From contig CBDETY010000003.1 in assembly GCA_965243025.1 (NCBI GenBank), positions 480,001 through 544,000 on the forward strand: a stretch of 64,000 nt of DNA, given 5' to 3'. Origin of the DNA: Candidatus Latescibacterota bacterium. GTDB lineage: Bacteria; Latescibacterota; UBA2968; UBA8231. Every line of letters starts with the position of its first letter. Positions within the stretch are counted from its first letter, which is position 1. Below are positions 9,813-18,089 of this stretch, one piece after another. The notes under the pieces were generated by a model, which did not search any database, was not told where the DNA came from, and was given only the letters and a program-made list of their open reading frames with translations. The translations under genes were made by a program, and so were the position numbers.

Positions 9813-10973
9813 ATGAAAATCACCGAGATCAAGATGGTCACCCTGGAGCTGCCCGAAGGGGGCGGCCCCGGCCGCATGCCGCAGCTCGTGCAGGTCCCCG
9901 GACTGCGGCGCATCCAGTACCGCGCCGGCCACGACCCGGACCGCACCCCGGTCGAGACGCCGCCGTCGAAGCCGCGCGAGACCTTCCTCGAGGTGCGCAC
10001 CGACGAGGGGATCACCGGCCGCGTCCCGGTGTCGACCATGGACGCCTACCACCTCGGCATCGTCAACTCGATGGCCCTCGGGGAGAACCCCCTGCACCGC
10101 GAGCGCCTCTTCCAGATGTTCCACAAGGGGACGCGCTGGGTGTACCAGAAGCCGGGGTGGTTCGGCGACTTCGACAACTGCCTGTGGGACATCGCCGGCC
10201 GGGCGGCCGGGCTGCCGGTGCACGCCCTCATCGGCAGGGTGCGGGAGCGCATCCCCTGCTATCTCACCGGGGGGGACATGGACCTGCAGGGCTACTTCGG
10301 CCACATCGAGGCGGGCAGGACGTTCGGCATCAACGCCTACAAGTTTCACACCTACAAGGGGGGGAAGTACGACATCCCGATCTTCCGCGAGGTGCGCGAC
10401 GCCGTCGGCCCCGGGTACGAGCTGCTCAACGACCCGGTCTGCTCCTACGACCTGCGCGAGGCGATCGAGGTCGGCCACGTCATGGAGGAGCTCGACTTCA
10501 TCTGGCTCGAGGAGCCGTTCCACGAGCAGAAGCTCAACCAGTACCAGGAGCTGTGCCGCGAGCTGACGATGCCGGTGATGGGGACGGAGATGCTGATGCA
10601 CGACCTCGGGATCACCACGCAGTGGCTGATCCAGGGCGGAACCGACCTGCTGCGCGCCAACGCCCGCCACGGAACCACGCTGGTGCTCAAGATGGCCCAC
10701 TTCGCCGAGATGTACGACACCACCATCGAGATGAACTCCGTCGGCGGGGTGTACGGCCACATCCACGCGACCCTGGGCTGCTGCGTCGACAACACCACCT
10801 TCTACGAGTACATGAGCGTCGAGGCGGACACCCTGAGGAAACAGGGAGAGACCTGGGGCATGATGAACGCCCCGGTGGTCGAGGACGGCTGCCTGGCCCC
10901 CACGGACCTTCCGGGCTGGGGGGCGGAGTGGGACGAGGAGAAGTTCCAGTCGCTGGTGGTCTCGGAGCGGTAG
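9813..10973 (+). CDS. Mandelate racemase/muconate lactonizing (enolase superfamily) enzyme
   Basis: VRTDEGITG, DNCLWDIAG, YKFH, LLND, WLEEP, PGWG. Confidence 0.85.
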   Translation: MKITEIKMVTLELPEGGGPGRMPQLVQVPGLRRIQYRAGHDPDRTPVETPPSKPRETFLEVRTDEGITGRVPVSTMDAYHLGIVNSMALGENPLHRERLFQMFHKGTRWVYQKPGWFGDFDNCLWDIAGRAAGLPVHALIGRVRERIPCYLTGGDMDLQGYFGHIEAGRTFGINAYKFHTYKGGKYDIPIFREVRDAVGPGYELLNDPVCSYDLREAIEVGHVMEELDFIWLEEPFHEQKLNQYQELCRELTMPVMGTEMLMHDLGITTQWLIQGGTDLLRANARHGTTLVLKMAHFAEMYDTTIEMNSVGGVYGHIHATLGCCVDNTTFYEYMSVEADTLRKQGETWGMMNAPVVEDGCLAPTDLPGWGAEWDEEKFQSLVVSER

Positions 10974-10998
10974 CCGGGCTGCCGGGGCGGAACCGGAG

Positions 10999-11754
10999 AT
11001 GACCGAAGAACAGCTGGCCGAGCGCGCCGCCGAGGTGCGCCGCACCGGGTACACCATCCTGCGGGGGCAGATTCCCCCGGAAGCGGTGGCCGAGGTCGCC
11101 GCGGCGTTCGCCCCGGTCTGGGAGGACCACCTCGAGGAGATCCGGGCCAACCCCAACCGCGGCCCGATGCGCCACTACATACAGCTGCCGTTCGAGCCCC
11201 CCTTCTACCAGTCGCGGATCCACGGGGATCCCGGCATCGTCGGGGTGGTCCTCAAGCTCCTCGGAGAGGACGCCGAGATGGTTCAGTATGCCAGCGATAC
11301 CCCGGCGAAGGGCAGCGTCCACCAGGAATGGCATGGCGACGTGCCCCCCTCCCTCTTCCCGGATGAGCCGGACCTGGTGACGCCGCCGGCGCTGATCGCC
11401 GTCAACTTCCCGTTCGTCGACGTCGGCCGCGAGAACGGCCCCTTCGAGGTCGCCGAGGGCAGCCACCGCGTGCCGCGGCCCGAGGCCCTCGAGAGAATCG
11501 GGCGCGGAGGGTTCGAACGGCGGGAGCTGCTGATGAAGGTCGGGGACGTGCTGATCCGCGACCCTCGCTGCATTCACCGCGGCACCCCCAACCGCACGGA
11601 TACCCCGAGGCCGGTGGCGGTGATCGGATTCGAGCGGGCCTGGTACCGGCTGATCAGCCTTAAGCACCACAACCCGGTGCGCCGGGAGTTCTGGGAGACC
11701 CTGCCGGAGCCGGAGCAGCAGCTGCTGAGGCGCAACGTCGAACCCCCTGGCTGA
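10999..11754 (+). CDS. PhyH-family Fe(II)/2OG dioxygenase
   Basis: QEWHGD, NGPFEVAEGSH, IHRGTPN. Confidence 0.9.
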   Translation: MTEEQLAERAAEVRRTGYTILRGQIPPEAVAEVAAAFAPVWEDHLEEIRANPNRGPMRHYIQLPFEPPFYQSRIHGDPGIVGVVLKLLGEDAEMVQYASDTPAKGSVHQEWHGDVPPSLFPDEPDLVTPPALIAVNFPFVDVGRENGPFEVAEGSHRVPRPEALERIGRGGFERRELLMKVGDVLIRDPRCIHRGTPNRTDTPRPVAVIGFERAWYRLISLKHHNPVRREFWETLPEPEQQLLRRNVEPPG

Positions 11755-11777
11755 CCGGGCAGGCGCCCGGCGGGGGG

Positions 11778-12689
11778 CTAGCGCGAGTACCCGTCGCGGT
11801 TGCCGTCGCGCCAGTCCGGCAGGTACCCCTCGGTCCGGCCGTACCCCCAGGAGGGGCCGATCTGGTTCGCGGTGCGCCACGGCCAGCCCTGGCCGCCGAC
11901 GATGCGGAACTCATCCCCTTTCCCGCACAGCCAGTAAAACATGTGGGCGGCGTAGCGGGCGGTGTTGTGGCCCCCGTAGTACGCTCTGTGGAAGTCGAAC
12001 TCCGGGTCCTCCACCCAGTCTCTCAGCGGCGGCGTGGTGCGCCAGTAGTTGTACTTGAGCATGCGCCGGACCCCGGGCCGCGTCGACTCGCCGCGGCGGT
12101 GCAGGATGCTCTGGTGGTGGATGCCGATGGTGCCGGCCGGCCCGGAGGCGAGCACCCCCTCGTAGTCCGCCCCGTAGTCCTGGGCCTTGAAGTGGGTGCC
12201 GGGAACGAACTCGGTCGGCCCGAGCTCGGCCGGGGTGTCCTGGGGGAAGTAGAAGACCTCGACGAACTCGAGCTCCGGGCCGAAGATGCGGTCGGCGTCC
12301 TGGTGCCATGACTGGGGCTCCCCCGGCCCTTCGGTCTTGTGCAGGCTGGCCAGCACCGGCAGGCCGACGTGGCGCCCCAGCAGCGAGCGCATGGCCCCGC
12401 ACAGCTGCGGGTTGAGCAGCACGTGCTCGAGGTACCAGTCCTCGAGGAAGATCGAGCTCGGCTCGTGCGAGTTGCGGATGCGCTCGAGCTCCTGCTCGTC
12501 GAGGCCGTCGGGGATCCAGGAGGGGTTGGCGGGGATCCTGCCGTCGAGGTAGTCGCAGGCGCGCCGGTTGACGTCGTCGGGGACCGCACCCTCCAGCATG
12601 ATGTAGCCGTTGATGCAGAAGTCGAGCACCTCGAAGTCGGTCAGGGTCGGTTCGCAGTCGAAGGTTCGGGTCGTCGCGTCGTAGTTCAC
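11778..12689 (-). CDS. PhyH-family Fe(II)/2OG dioxygenase
   Basis: QSWHQD, GPTEFVPGTH, ILHRRG. Confidence 0.9.
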   Translation of the reverse strand: MNYDATTRTFDCEPTLTDFEVLDFCINGYIMLEGAVPDDVNRRACDYLDGRIPANPSWIPDGLDEQELERIRNSHEPSSIFLEDWYLEHVLLNPQLCGAMRSLLGRHVGLPVLASLHKTEGPGEPQSWHQDADRIFGPELEFVEVFYFPQDTPAELGPTEFVPGTHFKAQDYGADYEGVLASGPAGTIGIHHQSILHRRGESTRPGVRRMLKYNYWRTTPPLRDWVEDPEFDFHRAYYGGHNTARYAAHMFYWLCGKGDEFRIVGGQGWPWRTANQIGPSWGYGRTEGYLPDWRDGNRDGYSR

Positions 12690-12817
12690 TTGCTTCTCCT
12701 TCAGGCGGGTTCTTTTCGGCGGCGGAAGCGGCCGCGGAGGCGGGGAAACTAACCCAGGCTGATCGCGGATGTCACGGATTTGATCCCCCTTCGGGGCAAT
12801 AGCGTAACTTCGAATCG

Positions 12818-14224
12818 ATGAGTGGAACGCAGGAAAAGAGCCAGGGCCGGGTAGGGGAGTTCATCGCCAATCCGCGCCGCGCCGTCTGGACCCTGTCGCT
12901 GCCGGTGATGATGGGCATGGCGGTCTACACCATCTACAACCTGACCGACATGTTCTTCGTCGGCATGCTCGGGGGGGACGCCCTCGCCGCCCTGACCTTC
13001 AACATGCCGGTGGTCTTTCTCGCCATCGGCACGGTCTTCGGTCTCGGCACCGGGGCGACGAGCGCCATCGCCCGCTCCCTGGGGGCCGGCGACAGGAAGG
13101 CGGCCGAGGACGCCGCCCGCCAGACCCTGGTCATGGGACTCCTGTTCGCCGCCGCCGTCATCGCCGTCGCCCTCCTCTTCAAGGGGGGGATCATCACGGC
13201 CCTGGGGGCCACCGGCGAGGTCGCCGCCCTCGCGGTCCGCTACTTCGAGGTCGCCGCCCCGGGGTTCGCCTTCGTCGTGGTCAACACCTGCTTCCGCTCG
13301 ATCATGACCGGGGAAGGCAACACCAAGACCCCGGTCCTCTTCCAGGCCGGGGGCACCCTCCTCAACGTCGCCCTCGACCCGCTGCTGATCTTCACCGCCG
13401 GCCTGGGGATCGCCGGGGCCGCCTGGGCGACGGTCATCAGTCAGTTCGCGGTGATGCTGGTGTTCCTGTTCTACATCTTCGTGCGCCGCGGCAGCTTCCT
13501 GAATCTCGGCTCCGGTCCGTGGGGGCTGACGCGGACAACTGCGGGCCTCATCCTCAAGGTCGGGCTCCCCTCCTCGGCGTCGATGCTGCTGATTTCGGGA
13601 GGGAGCATCTTCTACAACCGCATCGTGTCGGTGTTCGGTTCCGAGGCGGTCGCCGGCCTCGGCATCGGCGGGCGCATGGACTCGATCTTCTTCATGCCGG
13701 TGTTCGCTCTCGCCACCAGCCAGGTGACCCTGGCGGGGATGTTCTACGGCGCCGGGCGCATCGACCTCGTCAGGAAGACCCTGGTCTACACCGTCCTCAG
13801 GGCGGAGGTGCTCGCCGTCGTATTCGGCCTCGGATTCTACCTGTTCGCGCCGCAGCTGGCCGGGGCCTTCACCGACGACGATCGCATCGCCCGGGTGGCC
13901 ACCTCCTACCTGCGGGTGTTCGTGCTCGCCTTCCCGTTCATAGCGGCCGGATTGATAAGCAGCAGGGTCTTCCAGGGCCTCGGCAGCGGCGTCCCGGCGA
14001 TGGTCATCACCGCCCTCCGCGTGGTGCTGATCGCCGTGCCGGTCGCGTACGCCCTGACCCGCTACTGGGGCTTCGGACTGACCGCGGTCTGGTGGACGTT
14101 CGTCGCTTCCGCGGTCGCCTCGTCGCTGCTGTCGGTGATCTGGATCTCCCGGCGGCTGAGGCGGGAAGAGGCGGAGCCGGGCGGGACCGGGGCCCATCGG
14201 CTGCGCATGGAGGATTCGTATTAA
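12818..14224 (+). CDS. MATE family efflux transporter
   Basis: About 12 TM segments; YNLTDMFFVG, NVALDPLLIF..GLGIAGAAWAT. Confidence 0.92.
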   Translation: MSGTQEKSQGRVGEFIANPRRAVWTLSLPVMMGMAVYTIYNLTDMFFVGMLGGDALAALTFNMPVVFLAIGTVFGLGTGATSAIARSLGAGDRKAAEDAARQTLVMGLLFAAAVIAVALLFKGGIITALGATGEVAALAVRYFEVAAPGFAFVVVNTCFRSIMTGEGNTKTPVLFQAGGTLLNVALDPLLIFTAGLGIAGAAWATVISQFAVMLVFLFYIFVRRGSFLNLGSGPWGLTRTTAGLILKVGLPSSASMLLISGGSIFYNRIVSVFGSEAVAGLGIGGRMDSIFFMPVFALATSQVTLAGMFYGAGRIDLVRKTLVYTVLRAEVLAVVFGLGFYLFAPQLAGAFTDDDRIARVATSYLRVFVLAFPFIAAGLISSRVFQGLGSGVPAMVITALRVVLIAVPVAYALTRYWGFGLTAVWWTFVASAVASSLLSVIWISRRLRREEAEPGGTGAHRLRMEDSY

Positions 14225-14266
14225 ATACAACAAATCGTATTAAATACAAATATCTGTATTTAATAC
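14218..14266. promoter_or_regulatory. Triple palindromic operator/UAS, copy A
   Basis: GTATTAAATAC at 14218 and 14237, GTATTTAATAC at 14256 (19-bp period). Same arrangement at 23563-23611. Confidence 0.75.
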
Positions 14267-14403
14267 GGCGGACCCGGGAAGCCGGTTCGTGGAAAAAACG
14301 AGCTGACGGCCCCCCGAAAAATAAAAAAACATTTTGTAAGAGACCTGAAAGATAATGACTTACGGAACTACAGTTCCCATTCGTGAAGGCGCAGGCCAGG
14401 TAC

Positions 14404-14419
14404 AGGCACGCCGTTTGCA
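14404..14419 (+). promoter_or_regulatory. sigma54 (-24/-12) promoter A
   Basis: AGGCACGCCGTTTGCA fits GG-N10-GC and GGCAC-N5-TTGCA. Confidence 0.8.
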
Positions 14420-14434
14420 TCTCTTCTGGGTGAA

Positions 14435-14460
14435 CGGGGTTAGCGAAAGGCGCGGCCCCG
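14435..14460 (+). promoter_or_regulatory. Conserved 5'-leader hairpin A
   Basis: CGGGGTTAGCG-AAAGG-CGCGGCCCCG, homologous to the hairpin at 23781-23806. Confidence 0.55.
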
Positions 14461-14478
14461 AAACCAGAGGAGGAAGTC

Positions 14479-14688
14479 ATGAAACGTCATTTGAATCGGA
14501 GCAGAAAGGCCCTTCTCGCCATCGCGGCGGGGATCGTGCTCGCGTCCGGTGCGGCCTTCCTGAGCGCACACAGCGGAGACCACCATATCAGCAATGTTGG
14601 CTCCGCCGGGGAGTGCGCCTACTTGTGCTCCGTGTTGGGGCACGGGTACTCCTACGACGACGAGAACGACTGCTGCACCTGCAACTGA
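14479..14688 (+). CDS. Small secreted Cys-rich (defensin-like) peptide, 69 aa
   Basis: Strong RBS GAGGAGG. Signal peptide ending AFLSA|H. Mature region CxxxC-x15-CxC. First gene after the sigma54 promoter. Confidence 0.8.
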   Translation: MKRHLNRSRKALLAIAAGIVLASGAAFLSAHSGDHHISNVGSAGECAYLCSVLGHGYSYDDENDCCTCN

Positions 14689-14691
14689 GCT

Positions 14692-14713
14692 CTCCCCCTT
14701 CTGCCAGGGGGAG
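14692..14713 (+). other. GC-rich stem-loop after the peptide gene (no U-tract; possible mRNA-stabilising element)
   Basis: CTCCCCCT-tctgcc-AGGGGGAG immediately after the stop codon. Confidence 0.4.
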
Positions 14714-14934
14714 GCTCCAGTCGCTCAGGCGCCCGCGCCCTGTTTCTTTAAAGGGTGTGGGCGCATTTCCGCATTTCTTCCGGGCTTTCCTTGGGGTCCT
14801 CCTGCGACTTCGCAGGGAGCGCTCCAAGAAACAGCAAAAGACGGCATTACGAGGGCGCCTGAATCAGGAGACCTCGTCGACGGAGGTGTTCAGCCTGCCG
14901 GCAGCCGGTTCACTTTCACACAGGAGGAAGACTC

Positions 14935-15900
14935 ATGGCTCTTGGTGATATCAAAAAGCAATGGTGCGCGGCTCTCGTTCTGTTCCTGGGGATGACGTTG
15001 CCTTCCGAGGCCCACCTCGGAGACCGCGTGTACCCGGTTACCTACCTCAGCGACGAAATGCTGGAAAGGATCGATCTCAAGGACGGGTTGGTAGACGAGT
15101 GGTACGAGTTGGTCGGCGAGCCCTCCATGACCCTGCTGGATTTCACGGGAGAAGAGCCGCATTCGCCTCCTTTGCCACCAGATCCTTCCGACCTGGACTT
15201 CCGCATCTGGCTGGCCTGGCATGACGAGCCTGCGCGTCTCTATGTCGCCTTCGTGGCCAGCGATGACGTGTACGAGAACACCCATGACTACAGCAGTTCT
15301 CCACACTTGCATTTACATGACAGCATCATGTTGGCGATCGACGGAGACCATAGCGGCGGTGCCGGCTCTAGGAACGGTATGCCGCTGGAAGAAGCTCGCG
15401 AGATTCAAGGGCAAGCTCCGGATTACGAGGCTATTTCCCGCACCGTCAGCGGTCCGACCCTGAATGATATGGGTTATAGATTTCAGAAGAAACAGACTTT
15501 ATGGACGACCGTGCCTCCCTATGGGGACAGCGGCGGGGGCGTGGCCGGAGAAGCTCCGGTCATCTGGGTGATCGAGCTGTACGTGACGCCGTTCGACCGC
15601 TGGGGGGAAACGTGGGGAAGCCCCGAGGGGAGCGTGGTCAGCCATTTTGCCGCAGGAAAAGTGATCGGTTTCTCGGTGGTAGTGCTCGACCATGACCCGC
15701 CTGCATATGATTCCCAGAATTGGGCTGTCCAAGTCCGGCCGTCAGACGATTCCGACTCCCCGCTCTGGAACATATTTCGCAATCGGGCGGATTCCTTTCT
15801 CGACGGGCTGCTGCTGCCCGCCGATCCGGCTGGACCGGGTGACAGCGCGGTGGAGTCGGTTTCCTGGGGGCGGATCAAGGCCTCCCTGGTGATTGAGTAA
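14935..15900 (+). CDS. Secreted CBM9/DOMON-like protein with WGRIK tail, paralogue 1
   Basis: RBS AGGAGG. Signal SEA|HLGD. CBM9-like pattern IDLKDG..EW, IWLAWHD..LYVAF..DD, DSIMLAID, IELYV.P, G.VIGF..V.D.D. C-terminus SAVESVSWGRIKASLVIE. Confidence 0.85.
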   Translation: MALGDIKKQWCAALVLFLGMTLPSEAHLGDRVYPVTYLSDEMLERIDLKDGLVDEWYELVGEPSMTLLDFTGEEPHSPPLPPDPSDLDFRIWLAWHDEPARLYVAFVASDDVYENTHDYSSSPHLHLHDSIMLAIDGDHSGGAGSRNGMPLEEAREIQGQAPDYEAISRTVSGPTLNDMGYRFQKKQTLWTTVPPYGDSGGGVAGEAPVIWVIELYVTPFDRWGETWGSPEGSVVSHFAAGKVIGFSVVVLDHDPPAYDSQNWAVQVRPSDDSDSPLWNIFRNRADSFLDGLLLPADPAGPGDSAVESVSWGRIKASLVIE

Positions 15901-15974
15901 CCGGCATGCCGAACCTTCCTTTGCGCGGTTCTGGAGCCTCGACCGCGTCGGGCCTCAAACAAGGGAGAAAACTC

Positions 15975-16960
15975 ATGACTCGTCTCGTATCCGGAAGCAA
16001 TGGCGCGCCGTCCCGGTCCTGCTCTTGGGATTGGGGCTGTCCGCCTGCCTGTCTGCCCGAGCAGAGGCCCACCTCGGCGATCGTGTGTACCCGATTCCCT
16101 ACCTCAGCGACGAAATGCTGGAACAGATCCAACTCCACGACGGGTTGGTAGACGAGTGGTACGAGTTGGTCGGCGAGCCCACCATGTCGCTGCTGGATTT
16201 CACGGAAGAACTCTACCAATCGCCGCTTGATCCCTCCGACATCGACTTCCGTATCTGGCTGGCCTGGCACGACGAGCCGGCCCGTCTCTACGTCGGCTTG
16301 GTGGCCAGCGACGACGTGTACAAGAACACCCACGACTATAACAGTGGTTCTTCTTCTCGTTCTGCAATTTACACGCATGACAGCATCAAGCTGGCGATCG
16401 ACGGAGACCATAGCGGCGGTGCCGGCTCTGGCAACGGTACGCCGCTGGAAGAGGTTATCGAGATTCAAGGGCAAGCTCCTGATTACGAGGCTATTCCCCG
16501 CACCGTCAGCGGTCCGACCCTGAATGATGGGCTGTATAGATTCCAGAAGAAACAGACTTTATGGACGACCGTGCCTCCCTATGGGGACAGCGGCGGCGGC
16601 GTGGCCGGAGAAGCCCCGGTCATCTGGGTGATCGAGCTGTATGTGACGCCGTTCGACCGCTGGGGGGAAACGTGGGGAAGCCCCGAGGGGAGCGTGGTCA
16701 GCCATTTTGCCGCGGGTCAGGTGATCGGTTTCGCGGTGGTAGTGATTGACCATGACCCGCCTGAAATTGCTGTCAAAAGATGGTCGGTCGAAGTCCAGCA
16801 GTCAGACGAGACCGACACCACGTTCTGGAACATAATTCGCAATCGGGCGGATTCCTTTCTCGACGGGCTGCTGCTGCCCGCCGATCCGGCTGGACCGGGT
16901 GACAGCGCGGTGGAGTCGGTTTCCTGGGGGCGGATCAAGGCCTCCCTGGTGATTGAGTAA
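15975..16960 (+). pseudogene. Paralogue 2, 1-bp deletion at about codon 4
   Basis: The RBS-linked ATG at 15975 reads ATGACTCGTCT-CGTATCC, versus ATGACTCGTCTTCGTATCC in copy 4 and ATGGCTCGTTTTCGTATCC in copy 3. The ATG is out of frame with an otherwise intact body. Confidence 0.7.
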
Positions 16961-17034
16961 CCGGCATGCCGAACCTTCCTTTGCGCGGTTCTGGAGCCTC
17001 GACCGCGCCGGGCCTCAAACAAGGGAGAAAACTC

Positions 17035-18015
17035 ATGGCTCGTTTTCGTATCCGGAAGCAATGGCGCGCCGTCCCGGTCCTGCTCTTGGGATTGGGGCTG
17101 TCCGCCTGCCTGTCTGCCCGAGCAGAGGCCCACCTCGGAGACCGTGTGTACCCGATTCCCTATCTCAGCGACCAAATGCTGGAACAGGTCCAACTCGACG
17201 ACGGGTTGGTAGACGAGTGGTACGAGTTGGTCGGCGAGCCCACCCTGTCGCTGCTGGATTTCACGGAAGAACTCTACCAATCGCCGCTTGATCCCTCCGA
17301 CATCGACTTCCGTATCTGGCTGGCCTGGCACGACGAGCCGGCCCGTCTCTATGTCGTCTTGGTGGCCAGCGACGACGTGTACAAGAACACCCACGATTAC
17401 AGTAGTTCAAGAGATGTAATTCATTTCCATGACAGCATCATGCTGGCGATCGACGGAGATCACAGCGGAGGTGTGGGTTACTCCAACAGTGACCAATTGG
17501 AGGAACGGATCGAGGCAATTGGGCGAACTCAATATTACGAGGCCATTTCCCGCACCGTCAGCGGTCCGACCCTGAATGATTTGCCCTATAGAGTCCAGGT
17601 TGGACAGGATTCATGGAGGACCGTGCCGCCCTACGCGGAAAGCGGCGGCGGCGTAGCCGGCGAAGCGCCGGTCATCTGGGTGATCGAGCTGTACGTGACG
17701 CCGTTCGACCGCTGGGGAGAAACGTGGGGAAGCCCCGAGGGGAGCGTGGTCAGCCAATTTGCCGCAGGAAAAATGATCGGTTTCTCAGTTATAGTTTTTG
17801 ACCATGACCCGCCCGGAGATATTGAGCGGAAGGATTGGGCGCTCGATGTTCAGCGATCAGAGGAGTCGGACACTACGCTCTGGAACATATTCCGCCAGCG
17901 GGCGGATACCTTTCTCGACGGGCTGCTGCTGCCCGCCGATCCGGCTGGACCGGGTGACAGCGCGGTGGAGTCGGTTTCCTGGGGGCGGATCAAGGCCTCC
18001 CTGGTGATTGAGTAA
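17035..18015 (+). CDS. Secreted CBM9/DOMON-like protein with WGRIK tail, paralogue 3
   Basis: RBS AAGGGAG, start MARFRIRK, AEA|HLGD, same conserved blocks. Confidence 0.85.
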   Translation: MARFRIRKQWRAVPVLLLGLGLSACLSARAEAHLGDRVYPIPYLSDQMLEQVQLDDGLVDEWYELVGEPTLSLLDFTEELYQSPLDPSDIDFRIWLAWHDEPARLYVVLVASDDVYKNTHDYSSSRDVIHFHDSIMLAIDGDHSGGVGYSNSDQLEERIEAIGRTQYYEAISRTVSGPTLNDLPYRVQVGQDSWRTVPPYAESGGGVAGEAPVIWVIELYVTPFDRWGETWGSPEGSVVSQFAAGKMIGFSVIVFDHDPPGDIERKDWALDVQRSEESDTTLWNIFRQRADTFLDGLLLPADPAGPGDSAVESVSWGRIKASLVIE

Positions 18016-18089
18016 CCGGCATGCCGAACCTTCCTTTGCACGGTTCTGGAGCCTCGACCGCGTCGGGCCTCAAACAAGGGAGAAAACTC

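Noticed and set aside
14218-14266. CRISPR array or replication iterons (also 23563-23611)
   Set aside because: Only three 11-bp units with 8-bp gaps, no cas or rep genes, and a fixed position relative to sigma54 motifs, which favours an operator.
14479-14688. RiPP precursor (ranthipeptide or lanthipeptide)
   Set aside because: It has a Sec-type signal peptide, and no radical SAM, LanM/LanB or peptidase-transporter gene lies nearby.
15901-18089. 74-bp spacers as integron attC sites
   Set aside because: No RYYYAAC...GTTRRRY core pair and no integrase; the units are paralogues rather than unrelated cassettes.
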